A DNA stretch of 63,704 nt, the filler included, from Sphacelaria rigidula (Eukaryota): NCBI GenBank assembly GCA_964200075.2. It is 9 parts of 9 records of this genome, joined end to end, with 100 filler letters (N's around TTAATTAATTAA, not from the genome) between each part and the next. Parts side by side here need not be neighbours in the genome. Positions count along the whole stretch, not along the records: positions 28,361 to 35,349 come from CAXNAA020017061.1; positions 35,450 to 42,438 come from CAXNAA020017062.1; positions 42,539 to 49,527 come from CAXNAA020017063.1; 6 more parts are not named here. One strand, written 5' to 3'. Position 1 is the first letter of the stretch, and the number at the start of each line of letters is the position of its first letter. The position numbers were made by a program, and so were the translations under genes. This document shows, one piece after another, positions 34,409 to 47,660 of this stretch. The notes below the pieces were generated by a model that saw only the letters and a program-made list of their open reading frames with translations, did no database searches and was not told where the DNA came from.

Positions 34409-36364
34409 CAAAACAGAGAAAAAAAAAGGAGAAGCAAGAACAAATTGAGCTTACAGAGACGCCGAACGAAGAATCCTCACAAGGTGCCTGACATCCCATG
34501 TTTGGAAATGTAGGGGGTGCTACTGAAATAACACTACTGTACCCTCTGCACTCCTCTACAACAGAGGGGATCGGGCAACCGAACGTGATTCTTCATGCTG
34601 AAACGCCGTCTGTCCGGATGTAAAAGGAGAAACGCCGCAGGAAAAGAGAAGAGTAATTTGCTTGGCCAGACAAGACGATCAATCCTCAGACGATTCTGGT
34701 CGCAGAAAACCACCGCTCCAATTGGGGAGACTGCGGCTGCTGTTTTTTCAGCCTTGGACGTGTGCGTGTTAGGATTGGCTGTAACGGCACAGTGGCACTG
34801 TTCTCATCGGCCAATCAAGGTGACTTCCGCACAAAAGTTAATTGATGGGAGTCCCCCCCCAAAAAACGCCCCCCCCCCCCCCCCCCCCAAAAAAAAAAAC
34901 CCGGAAACCACCCCCAAAAAAAGGGAAAAANNNNNNNNNNGCGTGCAATTTTCCCCACGGCCCGTTAAGAATATTTTGTAAAAAAATTTATATATGGGGG
35001 CGCCCCCCCCACAAACCCCCCCCCCCCCCCCCCCCCAAATAAAAGCAGCCTGAAACCGTCACGAAGAAAATGGTCATAGAACGCGTGATGTTTGGTTTCA
35101 GGCTGCATGAAGCGCCTTATATGGGCGACATTGGCGAAAACGAACCGAAGCGTGAAAATCTCCAGCTGCTCGTCGTGATCGTCTTTTTTTAAATTAATAT
35201 ATGAGTAGACTTTGCCTCCCCAAACCAGCCACTTGTTTGGGGGGAGGGGGCGTTCTCATGTGTTGCTTGCCTTAGTCGTCTGATCATTGACCACGCATCC
35301 CTTTCGAGACGGAGCACTGGGGGGAGGGGGGGGGGTGTACTCATGATCANNNNNNNNNNNNNNNNNNNNNNNNNNNNNNNNNNNNNNNNNNNNTTAATTA
35401 ATTAANNNNNNNNNNNNNNNNNNNNNNNNNNNNNNNNNNNNNNNNNNNNCTTTTGGGCAATCAGGTCGAAGAAATCGTAGATTTGGTGATTCGTAGTCGT
35501 GATGATTCGTCCTAACCGTCAAAACATTACTGCAGTGGAAAAACACAAAGTGCCGACTTGCCTCGTCATCGCAATAGATAAGCCCATGATTTCACTTCAG
35601 ACGCTGGGAGAGAGATGGGTCGACTCCTTGACACACGGCTCGTCCCGAGGAGGGCGAGAGGTCAAAATCATGACAACATTACATGGACCCACAAGTAAGC
35701 GGCTCCGCGCTTGAAGCTGCTTGAACAAGGTCAGCTGCCCCCGCCAGCGCAACAGCGACAGCAACAGTCCGTGACGAATCACAATGGAGACGATCGAGAC
35801 GGTCGCTTGCGTAGTCTCTCATTAGTTATGAGAGGAGGATGAACGGGGGCGGGGGGCGCGAGATTTGCGACTTCTGCCGTGCCCTGTCGGCTGTTGCCTT
35901 CTCTCTCTGGCTTGTGACTCCAGCTTTCGTTTCTGTTTATTTTCTTCAAGTTCTCTGTTTTTTTCCCCGTGCATCGCATCAGCACTTGCGCCCACTTTGT
36001 CGAGATTTCGTGGATGACAGTTTTTGACCTGCAATACGGTTCCCGGCTAGCTGAGTCGGAACGTGCTTCCATGGCCTTCAGTATTGTACCGCCTCCCGTC
36101 TGGCGTCCCGTCGGGGGGCTCATCCGGGTTTCTCCGGGTCATCCCTAGTCCGGCATATATTGTCTGCTCAGGGCGTTCGTTCATCATGGTGTTTTACTGG
36201 CATTCTCCTTTTTCTTATATTCTTTTAAACTCATTTTTTCTTCGCATCAAACATTCCCACGTTGTTTACTTTGGACATGCCCAACCTGCGGCGACGCTTG
36301 GATTCGCTGCTCATCACGTGAAGTGAAACCATCAATGAACTGATCCACCATTAATTTGCCTCAC

Positions 36365-36608
36365 CCGGTTTTTACCCTTTCCCTCCAGGGCAACAGGCGA
36401 AGGGCCACATATACGCTCTCCCCAGGCTCGAGCGGCAGCTTGAACGCCTGAAGCACCCCGACCTGCGTTTCATGCAAGGTGGAGACCGACAGATATATAA
36501 TTGGAGATCGAGAACAACGAGTTGCAGTGTTGGTGCGAAATAAACACAGGACAGGAACAACAACATCGAAATATTCCTCATATGACGCTGAAACAACAAC
36601 AACAACAA

Positions 36609-36640
<32 letters not shown>

Positions 36641-39600
36641 ACGAGAGCGGTCAGCCAGCAGCTGTAGCAGCGGTAATAGTACCATCACCATCACAGCCGC
36701 AGTCATATCGCCGCCAAAACACGAAACCGCGAGCCAATAAATAAGTCCTAAACTCGCTGGCTTAATCCGCAAAAGCTGTGAACCAGTCACCGCGATCCAT
36801 TCACCTGCACAACGCCAGCACGATTTACAGTCTTTCTCCACCCCACAGGTAACACCCCGTCATGGGACGTCACCCCACTACTAGCATCCCCTTCTCCCTG
36901 CTCCACGCACGCCTCTGCCGCGTCGAAGAACTGCCGACAGGCGCCATGCACCGTTCCCCCGCACCGTCGGCACCGATACCACCGATTGAGCGCCGATCCG
37001 CCGCCGTCCCAAAGACCTAGACAAGCGGCGCACTCCAGTGAGGATGCGATGTTGCTGATTTGTTTTCGCCTTCCCCCGCCGCCGACACCGCCCCGAAGTT
37101 TCGTGGGAATTTTCTTGAAGTCGTGTGGGCCTGCCGACCGGCGGCTGATCGTTGTCGATGTCACCTGCCCGTTAGGATCGAGATGTTGGGCCGTCTGTTC
37201 TGGGCGCGTGGGGTATCCTGTCGCCGTGCTGACCTGCAGTTGCAGATTGAGGAGGGATAGAATGAGGGGAAAACTTTAGCTTTCGCCATGTGTCCAATGA
37301 TCGATGCGGTGGTCAACTCCCATGTACAGGGACATGTGAACTTAACATAGGGATGAGGGCATTCCATGGGCGCGTAGCGCGCATGGGCCACAGTGAATGA
37401 CCGGTGGTCGCACGTTCGGTAGCCAAGCTTTCGTATTTTTTGTGTACACGTGGTGTTCCGTTGCAGCGTATGACTGAAGCTGAATTCATCATGCTGACAC
37501 TTTCTACGATAGCCCCCCCCATCAGAAGTGCCTGGTTTGGGGAGGCAAAATCTTCACGTAAATCAAAATGGAAAAGACAAGCACCACGAGCAGCTGGAAA
37601 TTCCCACGCTTGGGTTCGTTCTCGCCAATGTCGCCAGCATGAGGCGCTTCATGCATCCTGAACCCAAACATCGGACGCTGTATGATCATTTTTTCGTGAC
37701 ACTTTTGGGCCGGTTTTTTTTTGGGGGGGGGGGGGCTATCGTAGAAAATGTCTGCTGTGGATTATTGCATCGTGTGTAGTTTTTGTGTTGCCCATAGGGC
37801 TGTTGACACTGCCCCACCAGTGAAGTAAACCTCTAGTTTCAATTCCGCCCAGTGCTGTCTGTGCGACAGGCACGATACGCGGTAAGGTGCTGACTGTGTT
37901 ACTACGAGAGTACCTCTGCACTACTCCCAACACATTGAGTGCTGGCCCAACACAACACCCAAGACCGACCTGTTCAGTCCACCTCTTCGCACAATGCGAA
38001 CCGAAACCACGCACAAAAGACATGAATATACACACACATACACACACCTGGCTGCCGGTGATACTCGACTCCGAAGGCGCCGCCCCCGCATGCCGCACGC
38101 CCCGCCTCCCGCCAATCCAAGAGTTCCAAAATCCGCCGCCGCCGGCAGCACCGCCGCTCTCATGCGCCGCCGCTTGCCCGTTCTCTGTTTTCCCGCTCTC
38201 CCCAGGTAACTTCTTCGCTTCTCCGATGCCAACTCCTTTTCCACCCGTGCTTCTGTGCTCCGACTCACGGTCGTCCGCAACCAGGTCCTCGGCCGCCGGA
38301 TCAATGGACAGCGACGGCACAGCGAGAGAGTTCCCCTGGCGGCCATCCACCCCGCGCCCAGAAAATGCGACGCTTGCTGTTGGGTCAGACTGACCGTTGT
38401 TAGCAACCCCACTTCTGATCGGGTCATTGAAAGATGAGTTGTCGATCAGAGGTGGGCTACCAACTTCAATTTTTTCACCCGGATTGGAACCGCCATCGCT
38501 TCTCGCCGACGCCGCCTGCACGGCGTGCGCCTTGGCCTTCTCCTCCGCGAGGATCCTTGCTTGAGCCCAGGCCTCTTCCCTCGTTCGGGCCCTGTCTTGT
38601 GCTGTCGCGGTAGATTCACCTCCGGTTGTTTCTTCCGACCCGACCTCAACCGCCGCCTCAGTCGCCGCGGGACCGCTCCGTTGTCGTTGCCAACCTTCCT
38701 TGGACTCAGCCGCGTTGCCCCGCTCACCGATTGGAGTTCCCGCTTCTGTAGCCATGTCAGTTGCGCCTACTGCGATTGGGGGCTGTTGAATCAACAAGTC
38801 CTGCGGCTGATAACCGTGAGAGGTTATCTCCGGTGGACGATAACCGCGAGAAGGACTTGCAACGTGTACAGCGACGGTGGATGATACCGCTGATAGTTCC
38901 GGGCTGTTCGGGGCGCGAAGAGGGTATTGCGACGGCGGAGTGCTGTACTTTGAGGCGGGCCCATCGTCGGTAGCTGAAAGCGCCATTTTTCTCCCTACTT
39001 CTGTCTCTGCCGCGACTACTGCTGGTGCTTTTGGCGGTGTCTCTTGCGATAGCAACTGTTGTTCTCTTCTGTGTCGTGCTTGTTCATTGGCCGCTCGCCG
39101 CTGCTCTTCTTCGTCCTCGAGTTTCCGTCGTGCCAACACTTCGCTTTCTTCCCTCTCCTGCTTCTCTCTGGCTTCCGCGACTTCTTTTCGCGCAGCCTCT
39201 GCTGCGGCCGCCGAGATCGCAGCCGCAATCGCGGCGGCTTCTTCCTGCTTGGCAGTGACAGCGGCTAGACGCTCTCGCTCTTGCTGCTCTTCTCTTTTTG
39301 CTGCTAACATGCTGAGACGTTCTCGCTCTCGCTCCTTCACGCCCACATACAAGACTTCCGTTGTTTGTGTTTCATGTATGTTTTGCTCATTTTCCACCTC
39401 AGCCGCCGCCGCTGCTTTGGCAGCTTCAGCTTCGTCTGCCGCAATAGCAGCCGCAAGCCGATTGTACTCCGCTTCCTTCTGCTCACGAGCTTTCTGCTGC
39501 TCCAAGGACGCAATTCTCCTCGCTTCTTCCTCTCTCTCTTCTTCCGCGCGTGCCACCAAAGCGGCCGCTACCCTTTCTCGCTCAGCTTCCTGTTCCAACT

Positions 39601-40408
39601 CCGTGCGGCGCTGCTCTGCCTCGATCTGCATCTGCCTCAACCGTTCCTGTACCTCAAGCTCTTCCTCCTTCAGCGCCCGTAGGCGTTCGAGTCGTTCCCT
39701 CTCCTCATGCAATTCCAACTGCCGCTTCTTTGCCATAAGAAAATCCTCCTGTTCCTTTTTTTCCCGCCTCTGCCGTTCGATCGCTGCTGCCGATGCCGTC
39801 ACGTGGGGTCCACCTTTTAACGCCCGCACTTTCTCAGCTGACCGGGTTGCCGCCTCCTCTCTCTCATCGTTCGGCCCTGGTCGCCCTTCTCCACGAAGCC
39901 GCTCAGTCGGATCGGCCGCAACCTGCTGCTGCTGCTGCTGCTGGTCGAGTCCCTCCGGTTTTGTTTGTTCCAGCTCCTGGAACATAGCGCTTGCAAGCGA
40001 GCTTGCGGTATTTTGGCCCCGCTGGTCTTTCGGTGAAGTCGGGTGGTTCGTAACGGCCGGTTCTCTCGACTCTTGGCTTGCTGTAATGCTGGCAGCACGC
40101 GAGTCTCGAGTGTCATGGGCAGTAGGCGAACTCTGAGCTCGCTGTTCTTGTTTGGTTTCCCCGCAACTGTTTTGACCTACCGAGTTGGGGGAGGACTCGG
40201 GTGGTAGCTCAGAACTCGAGTTCAGAGCAGTTGTCGGAGTAAAACCATGCGGTGCTCTTGCTCCTGATGCTATAATGTCGGGGTCTCCTGCTGTGACTTC
40301 GACATTTTCGGCATTGTCGGCATTAACGCTATCCTCTTCTGCTACTCCTTCGAACCGACCCGTCACCGTATCCAGGGCTTCGTCCAAGTACTTCAGCACG
40401 TTAAACAT
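36365..40408 (-). CDS. 5' part of a gene for a long coiled-coil protein with a C1 (DAG/phorbol-type zinc) domain followed by a C2 domain; exons 40408-38048, 37233-36805, 36462-36365
   Basis: ATG at 40408. Exon 1 is 2361 nt, rich in E/R/A/Q heptads, with a cag|gtgtgt donor in phase 0. Exon 2 (429 nt, phase 0-0) has HDF...CAAC.GLW...YRCRRCGGTVHGAC...C, the C1 ligand pattern. Exons 2-3 read GVVQ|VGVLQAFKLPLEPGESVYVALRLLPWRERVKT, like C2 beta-strands 1-3. All splice phases agree. Confidence 0.8.
37496..37752. mobile_element. MITE family G (TIR GACA[C/T]TTTCTACGATAGCCCCCCC, 4-bp TSD TGCT), intronic
   Basis: TGCT flanks both ends. A full second copy lies at 54318-54565, with partials at about 35040-35250, 49750-49840 and 50870-50895. 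Confidence 0.8.
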
Positions 40409-43400
40409 CGGTTGCGGAGTACCGTAGCAGAGGATGGTGGTTTTCTACTTTTGAATTTCACAATCTCAAGGGTATATATGATGGCATGCGCATGAGAAGG
40501 CAGTCCACACACGTCTTATAGCTCTCCGCAGATGGGTAGTTTGGCTCAACGCTGTGGTGGTATTGGCAAGCCGTAGTATTGAACACACCGCAGCTGTTTG
40601 TGTTTTTCAACAACACATTCGACTATGTGTGTTTCACATCCCGTTTGTGGTAAGAGTAGATCTCTTCGGTGCGCTGTGTGTGTCTACGTCTATGTCTCTG
40701 GTCTGACTCGACAAGATGTTGTACTGTTATATAGTACTGTGCAGTATTATATTTCACTGATGCTGTGCAACTTTTGCTTTTTCTTGAAAGCAGCATATAT
40801 GATCAGTTTCGACGGCATCAATTGCTCGCATACTATACCCCATACAGTAAATCAAGGATTCAAAACATGTAGGAGATAAATGCCTTGAACACGCTCGACG
40901 GAACCGGGTTTGAAAAAGGGCAATCAATGTTGCGCGATGGTAAGGTGATGTTACTGCGGTACAAGCTGCGGATAAGACCGGATTTGGCAACAATTCGCAC
41001 AACACTTGGAACCGGCTTCGCACTAACGCTTTTGATGTAATTATTCCGAATCTCCCAATGTTCCCGCGTGTTTCGTACGCGTATGCTATTGGTCATTGCG
41101 CTAGATCGGCCGGGCGCGTATCACGGCACACGAGCTCTTGCTGTATTGTAAGGGGGCTATTGGCGAAGAAGGATGGCGGGTGAAGCACCGCCCGCAGCAC
41201 GTCCCCCAGTCGAGGTATGATGGTCTATGCTTTATCATATATCCACTTTGTCGGCACCTCACAGGTATGGGATAAAAGTACAGCATACAGCAAAACAGTA
41301 CAATAAGGGGAATACCCCAGCTTGTGTAATTTCGATACGCGGGCATGAACAACGATGGTCTTCGCGTTGCTGCGCCGCGGCTAGTGGATTGGTGAATGAA
41401 AGGTTTGCGTGGTGTAGTCTGTGTATCATTTCTGGCGATAATATTTGCATATCTGTCGTGAAACGCAATACACACGCGCAAATACATCGCAGCGAATTCG
41501 AGAAAGGCTTGCATCCTGTTGCGAAGTCCTGTGTTATTGTACAATGTACAACCTACACCGGACCGTCTGTTTTATCTCCCGGGCGGTCAATGGTTGTCTC
41601 AAACCCCGGTGGTGTAACACCCCACGGAAGCCGTCGACAGATTTCCGTTACAACTGCATGAAGAATGTTGGCGTGCAAACAAAGACCGCCGTTGCACGTA
41701 CGTCGTGCACTACTGGTAGCTGGTGACCGGCGATTGTGAATGCAGCAAATCACAACGATGTTGGTGAAGTTCTTCGAGAACTGTCTGTCTGTATTGCCTG
41801 TTGGTGAAGTTCAGTGTTGCAGGCCAGAATGCGCCCGTTTGGGGGGCGACTATGCGAGCATACACCATCTCGGCAAAGCCTGAAGCCTGGTACCGACTGT
41901 TACTACGCCCGGAAAACCTACGCACAATTGCTTATCCGACTGTAGGGAAGAAATTTTACCGTCGTTTTCGTCCGCCACCCCTGCTGTGTTCGAAGTGCAG
42001 TCAGGATTCGAGTGCATACATCGCCGAACTTGGAATCATGTCATCCTAGTACTGTTAGTCACGGGGTATAACACCCCTGAGAGGAACAACCCCCAGGAGG
42101 AAATGTTTCGTATGTACGAGAAAGATGTTTTACTTCCTTCCGTGTCTCTTGTGCCAGGTGAACATGATGCTGAATCAGTTTACGGACTCTGTGTCTGTAT
42201 CTACTCTGCTGTCATGAATCCCTTAGGCCTTTTTTTTTTTTCCCCATCGTTTCATTGTATTTTTTTTTTGCTTTGTACTTTCCTCTTGTTTTCCTTTTTC
42301 TTGCTTTGGGCTACTTCTCATGTATCGAAAAGTAAAAGTTGTTCAAAAGTGCTTTTTTGGCCCTTCTCTATTCCGTGGCCCGTGGCGAAGGATAGATAGT
42401 TTTGTCTTTTGTATTATTGGAGAGTGCCTAGACTGAGTNNNNNNNNNNNNNNNNNNNNNNNNNNNNNNNNNNNNNNNNNNNNTTAATTAATTAANNNNNN
42501 NNNNNNNNNNNNNNNNNNNNNNNNNNNNNNNNNNNNNNGGGTTATGGGTATATTGATGTTATGCTCCTTGCACTCTGTGACCACGGGATCGAGAGATCGA
42601 GCGAATGTGATGGATATAATAATAATAATAATAATAACAATAATCCCGACAACATCAATTGAGAATTGAGCTCTCGGCAAGACCTACTTCTTTTCCCAAT
42701 ATTTATCGAAGCTAGGGCTTCAGAGTCCTGATGGAGAACACTGTACGAGAAAAAAAAAAAAAAACGCGAAAATCGCCCAACCAAGCTCTGCATGGCACAC
42801 GGGTGGGTGAACCAATCCCGATCGCTCTCGTGGATAATTTTACAAACCCTTATATCGTAGTTTCACGTATTCATCACACTAGAGCCGAAAAAAGGTGTGT
42901 GTTTGGGCCAAAAACGGTCAATAGCACCCCCTGTCAATTCAGCCCGTAAGACGTTCAATATTGAGCGCAGAGACGATTTCTGTTTCGGAATGTGAAGCGG
43001 ATGCCTGGTATCTCCCGATACCCAAACATTGGGATCAAACGTTCACTTGGATGAGCGGTGGCACGCGAAAAAGTGTTGAAAATCGTCGACTACGAAAAAA
43101 ATACCAAAATTCTCCAATTCAGCTACACACCACTAAAGCGTACAAGTACAGACTCAGTGTTCTTATGGAGGCGGCGTTTCGAAGGTTGGGAGTCACGATA
43201 ATCCGCACGTCGCTTGTGATGATGAAACTGGGAGGATGTATAGATTGGTACTACAGCAAGGTGTCAAACCCGTTGCCGCGCAAGGCGCTGAGGGCCGTTC
43301 TCAACGAAGAGGATTTTCCCCTTTTTCAAAATCCCCTTCGTGAAAAACGACCGTTGATTGGTCGCTACGATACAACCCCCCCGGAAAAAATCCAAAAACG

Positions 43401-45219
43401 TGCACAGCAATCTTTTTTTTGGGGGGGGGGGGTGGGGAATTCAGCGAGTGTAAACACACTTACTCAAATTCCTTCTTGAAAAAAGGATTGTTGTGCACCT
43501 CGAAGGGGAAGATACATGCGCGGTTGACAGGGGCACAGGCAGAGGCTCACCACAAAACTCAAACGATCAGAGCGGAACGTGAGGAACTTGGTGCCCCCGC
43601 AAACCAAAAAACACGCAGCTCGAGTCGTAGCTGCTCATCAGCTGTGCAAGTTGTGCATGACCTTGCTCGAATCTGTCCAGAAATCATTGAGAGACGATGA
43701 TTTGTGCGAGACGCGCGCACAACATACGCTTACAAACGGTCAGCAACGACACGATTGGACTCAGAACTGGTCGTTATGGGGTCGATCCCTTGTCAAAAAA
43801 AAAATATCTCCTTCGTCAATAATGGCCCTGAGGGCCCGGTCTGCATTGAAAACGGTAGATACCAGCAGTGGGAAAGCATTTGTTTCCGCGATATGTCCTG
43901 TCCGATTACAATTATATATAAATATATCGACATGAGAGTGATGGTTATGCAGGTTTGAGGGTTTTGTGTGATTTCGGTGTTTCTGATTGGTTGTCAGTTG
44001 ATGTAAAATTTTCATCTCCCCCTAAATCACCATCACGAAAATTGATTTTTTGGGAATAATTTATTTTAATTTCCGTTAGAGCGGATGAACATTCGCGTGA
44101 GAATGCGAAGAGGAACGTCACATGGTTGCAAGGGGTGGGCTGTTCGGCTCTTCATGGGGCGCACAGCTGGTCTTTCCATCACCAGTAGCGACCACGCGTG
44201 GGAGACACTCCCAACGTGCACAGCTTCCACCAAGATGCGCATAGCTACATCTCCCAGGACTTCGCCGAGTGAGCAAGCATGGACCAATCGGCGGGTAGTA
44301 CGGACCAGCGCTTCCCAGCACGGTGACAATCACGCGCAAGTTGCGTGGGCGTTGTCGCACGGTCAAAACGCGGACTATCTCTTGCACGAGGAGCAGCAGC
44401 AGCAGCAGCAGTATCGGCACCGATCATTTCAGCCCCACCCCAAACCGTGCATCTGTTGGTAGTAAAGATGTTGCTGCTACTACTGCTTCTATTGCTTCTT
44501 CTTCTCGTGCAGGAGGCGGTCCGCATTTCGATCTGCGACAATGCCCATACATCCTTGCGCATGATTGCTGCCCTGCTTGAATTGAAGTCCCTCGTTTGTT
44601 CGCGTGTTGTTATCGTCAGTGTATTTTGAGAATCTATAACTTGTCTTCCCCCTTAGATCGAAACAGCGCGTGATTTCTCGTGATGATGCAGTTGCGAATC
44701 GTCACTTCACCATCACTCTCACGAAATGACTCTCACTTTCCTTGCTTCGTTAAAACACCACCTGACATACTCTCTTGAGCACAAGAGAAACGAAACTGCG
44801 TAACATGACTCCATCGACTGGAACGTACAAATCCCACCACGCCTCCGAGTGAAATGCCTCCATATTATGGAAAATGAACAACACTGGGCTGTACTTAGAC
44901 CTCTGCCTTCATGCGATTTTTCCAAAAAATAAAATGCGTTTTGTTTGAGAGGGGGTCACTTCGAAGCGGAAACCCCGCCGAGGCGTTACAATTACTCGAC
45001 ACTTCAGTCTGCAAGACCGAAAAACGAGAAGGCATAACTTACACCTTGGTACGAATTATGTGAATGCACAAAGGACAAAGGTCTAGCTGTGCTTTTGCTG
45101 ACACTCGCAACGCTCTCAAATGCGAAAGAAGTAGCCTCTCGAACTAAAGAAAACTGGTGCAGGATTGGTCATAACAGAAGGTGTAGGTGGGTTCTTACTC
45201 ACCTCCAAACCCCCGGTGG

Positions 45220-45730
45220 GGTCGGCGTCGGTTGGCAATGATGCTATAAAACGTGTCACTCACTGCATAAGCTAGGCAACCCGGTTACCGATTTGTTTTG
45301 CGCGCTTGCGTTTTTTTTGCGGTAACTATGACGGTAGTCGAGCTAGATCATGTTGTGCGGCGTGCGAGAACCTCAACTCCGCACATTGGGGATGATCGTA
45401 CTACGTGGTGTTTACAGTAAATGGTGAGACACCCTTGACGCCGTGTAAAAGCCGTGGCTGTCTCTCGAAGTGGCGATGCCAGAAAATAAAGCAACTTATT
45501 GTCGGCTGTCATCCAAATGCAAGATAATCAGGAGGCTTCGGGCCGAACAATCTTTGCTGGATCAGCTCACCCTTCATGCGAGTCGCCGAACACACCACGG
45601 CGCTTCGCGCTTGGTGATTGAGTGCGAGTCTGGTCCGGCGAAAACGCGGCGTGCTCCGTCCCGACTTTGTGGGGATGCAAGATCAAAGGTCCTATGACTG
45701 TGTCATGCATGATCATGACTGCACCCCGCC
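45220..45730 (+). mobile_element. Longest copy of the dominant interspersed repeat, family B (about 0.5 kb, ending ATGCATGATCATGAGTACAC-poly(C) in the best copies)
   Basis: Colinear with 55840-56335 (reverse) and 53614-53930 (reverse). Fragments at 1-70, 4283-4360, 6915-6990, 35325-35349, 56717-56895 and 57070-57180. Confidence 0.8.
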
Positions 45731-46435
45731 CCACGGGTGGAAGTGTAAATTTTGCGCTAGAAAAGGGTCCCCACGGCGAGGGTCTGTCAAAAACAAACCT
45801 GGACGCGTAGGCCCCAAGACAGAAAAATCGAGTTTTTGAGGGAGGGGGAGGGGGGGGGGAAAGCCAGCCTGCTGTCCCCTAGTGAATTGCCGAGGCGTTG
45901 GCGGACGCGGTCAGCTGTCTTGTACAGAGATCCTTGGCATGGAAACCGATGAGATGGCGGACACGCCGCCCCCCCCCCCAAGCTCATGATTTACCATGAT
46001 TACGTTTATGGGATCATGTTCCGTGTGGTGTGCCTCGAGTACCTACCAGTCGTCCGCGCAAGTTTGGCGAGGGGCGAGATAAAGTGCTAATTATTTGGGC
46101 TGCAGGCTGTCGCTACTGTGCGCTCGTGTACATAAATTTGTGTGAGGGTTGCCGGCGAGGAATAAAAGCAAATATACGGACCTCGCGGGGTCCACCAGAC
46201 TTCTCGGATTTTGTTCGTGTCTCTGGATAAATGTCTTCAATAATATGAACAAAAAAACAGAAAAGCCATGGCAATTTTCGAAAAAATGCTCTCCCGGAGG
46301 GGGGGGGCTCCGTGTCCGAAAATCTTCTGCCGACAGACCCCTGCCCACGGATCTGATTTCGGCAAAATTGAACCCCTCCGGTATCCGATTGGGGTCTTCA
46401 CAAAATCAAGATTTGCCCCATGAATACTACCCCAA

Positions 46436-47044
46436 GATCGTCTTGTATGGCAACCAATCCGTATTTGTACAAATATGAGGATTCCAGCCCGTCTACATCC
46501 CACTCTTCCTCGTGGATTGATTTTTCTGACCCCGGTCCGTTGGGCAATATTTTTCGCCTAGCTCTGAGGAAACCAGATCAATTCTCCGATTCTCTGGACG
46601 CTGACTTTTGGTCCATCACCTTTTTGCTCTGATCGGGAGGATTCTCCGATTCTCTGGACGCTGACTTTTGGTCCATCACATTTCTACTCAGATCGAGAGA
46701 CGCCCGATTTGAGCAGAAATGTGATGGACCAAAAGTCAGCGTCCAGAGAATCGGAGAAATGGTCTGGCTTCCTCAGAACTAGGCGAAAAACATTGCCCAA
46801 CGGACTGAGGGTCACCTTTCTGCTCAGATCGGAAGACTCCCGATCTCAGCAGAAAGATGATCAACCTGAAGTCAGCGTCCACAGAATCGGAGAATTGACC
46901 TGGTTTCCTCAGAGCTAGGCGAAAAACATTGCCCAACGGAACGGACTGGGGTCCGAAAAATCAATCCACGGGAGAAATCCGCTGTGGACGGGCTGCAATC
47001 CTCATATTTGTACAGATAAGGATCGGTTGCCGTACAATACGGTC
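46436..47044. mobile_element. Foldback element with about 200-bp arms and a nested internal palindrome
   Basis: GATCGTCTTGTATGGCAACCAATCCGTATTTGTACAAATATGAGGATT mirrors AATCCTCATATTTGTACAGATAAGGATCGGTTGCCGTACAATACGGTC. The arm sequence is duplicated and inverted at about 46640-46810. Confidence 0.85.
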
Positions 47045-47660
47045 GAAGAGAAGGCAGGGGTAGGTCGACTCAAGTAGTGACCGCGCTTCTCCCTCCCATC
47101 ACTAGTTGGGTCCAACGCGGGACCCTCTCTCGAAGTAGTGAAGCCACCTTACACCGCAGTCCGTTCTGGTCCAGCACGCCTAAGTAACACTTCACGACGC
47201 GGAAAGACAGCTACGCAAGTACCATACCACACGAAGTTGCCATTGAAACGGACCTGAATCAGTAGAACACAGATTGCAGTCGGATGCCACACTATTGACA
47301 ATTGTAGGTTGGCATACACCGAACCGTAGTCGCCGGGGTTGTCGTCCTGGGTCTGTCTTGGATCCTACTGAGTGTCACGGAGTACAACACCCTAGGTGAC
47401 AACTTCATTTATCGTGTCTCTGTTTCGAGAGATGCTGCACTCCTGACATGGTACATTCCACACGTCGAATAATCTCGATGTCTTCCTTCTTTTGACAAGA
47501 CTATGGGCGGCTTCGCCCCTGAAATATCGTGGAAACTGATGCAAAAACGTGATCACCGCGTGGGGGTGTTAGCTTACCTTACAATATCACGGTATCGATG
47601 CGGAGGGAAAAGTGACAAAACGCTACCACCGGAATGAATGCAATGAATCCGACAACACAC

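Noticed and set aside
38877-40136. 419-codon Ser/Ala/Arg-rich plus-strand ORF
   Set aside because: Antisense shadow of the Glu/Arg/Ala coiled-coil exon.
44820-44880. Possible second YHS exon (GIS..EAWWD-like)
   Set aside because: It needs a frameshift and lacks both the GG[YF]C motif and a suitable acceptor.
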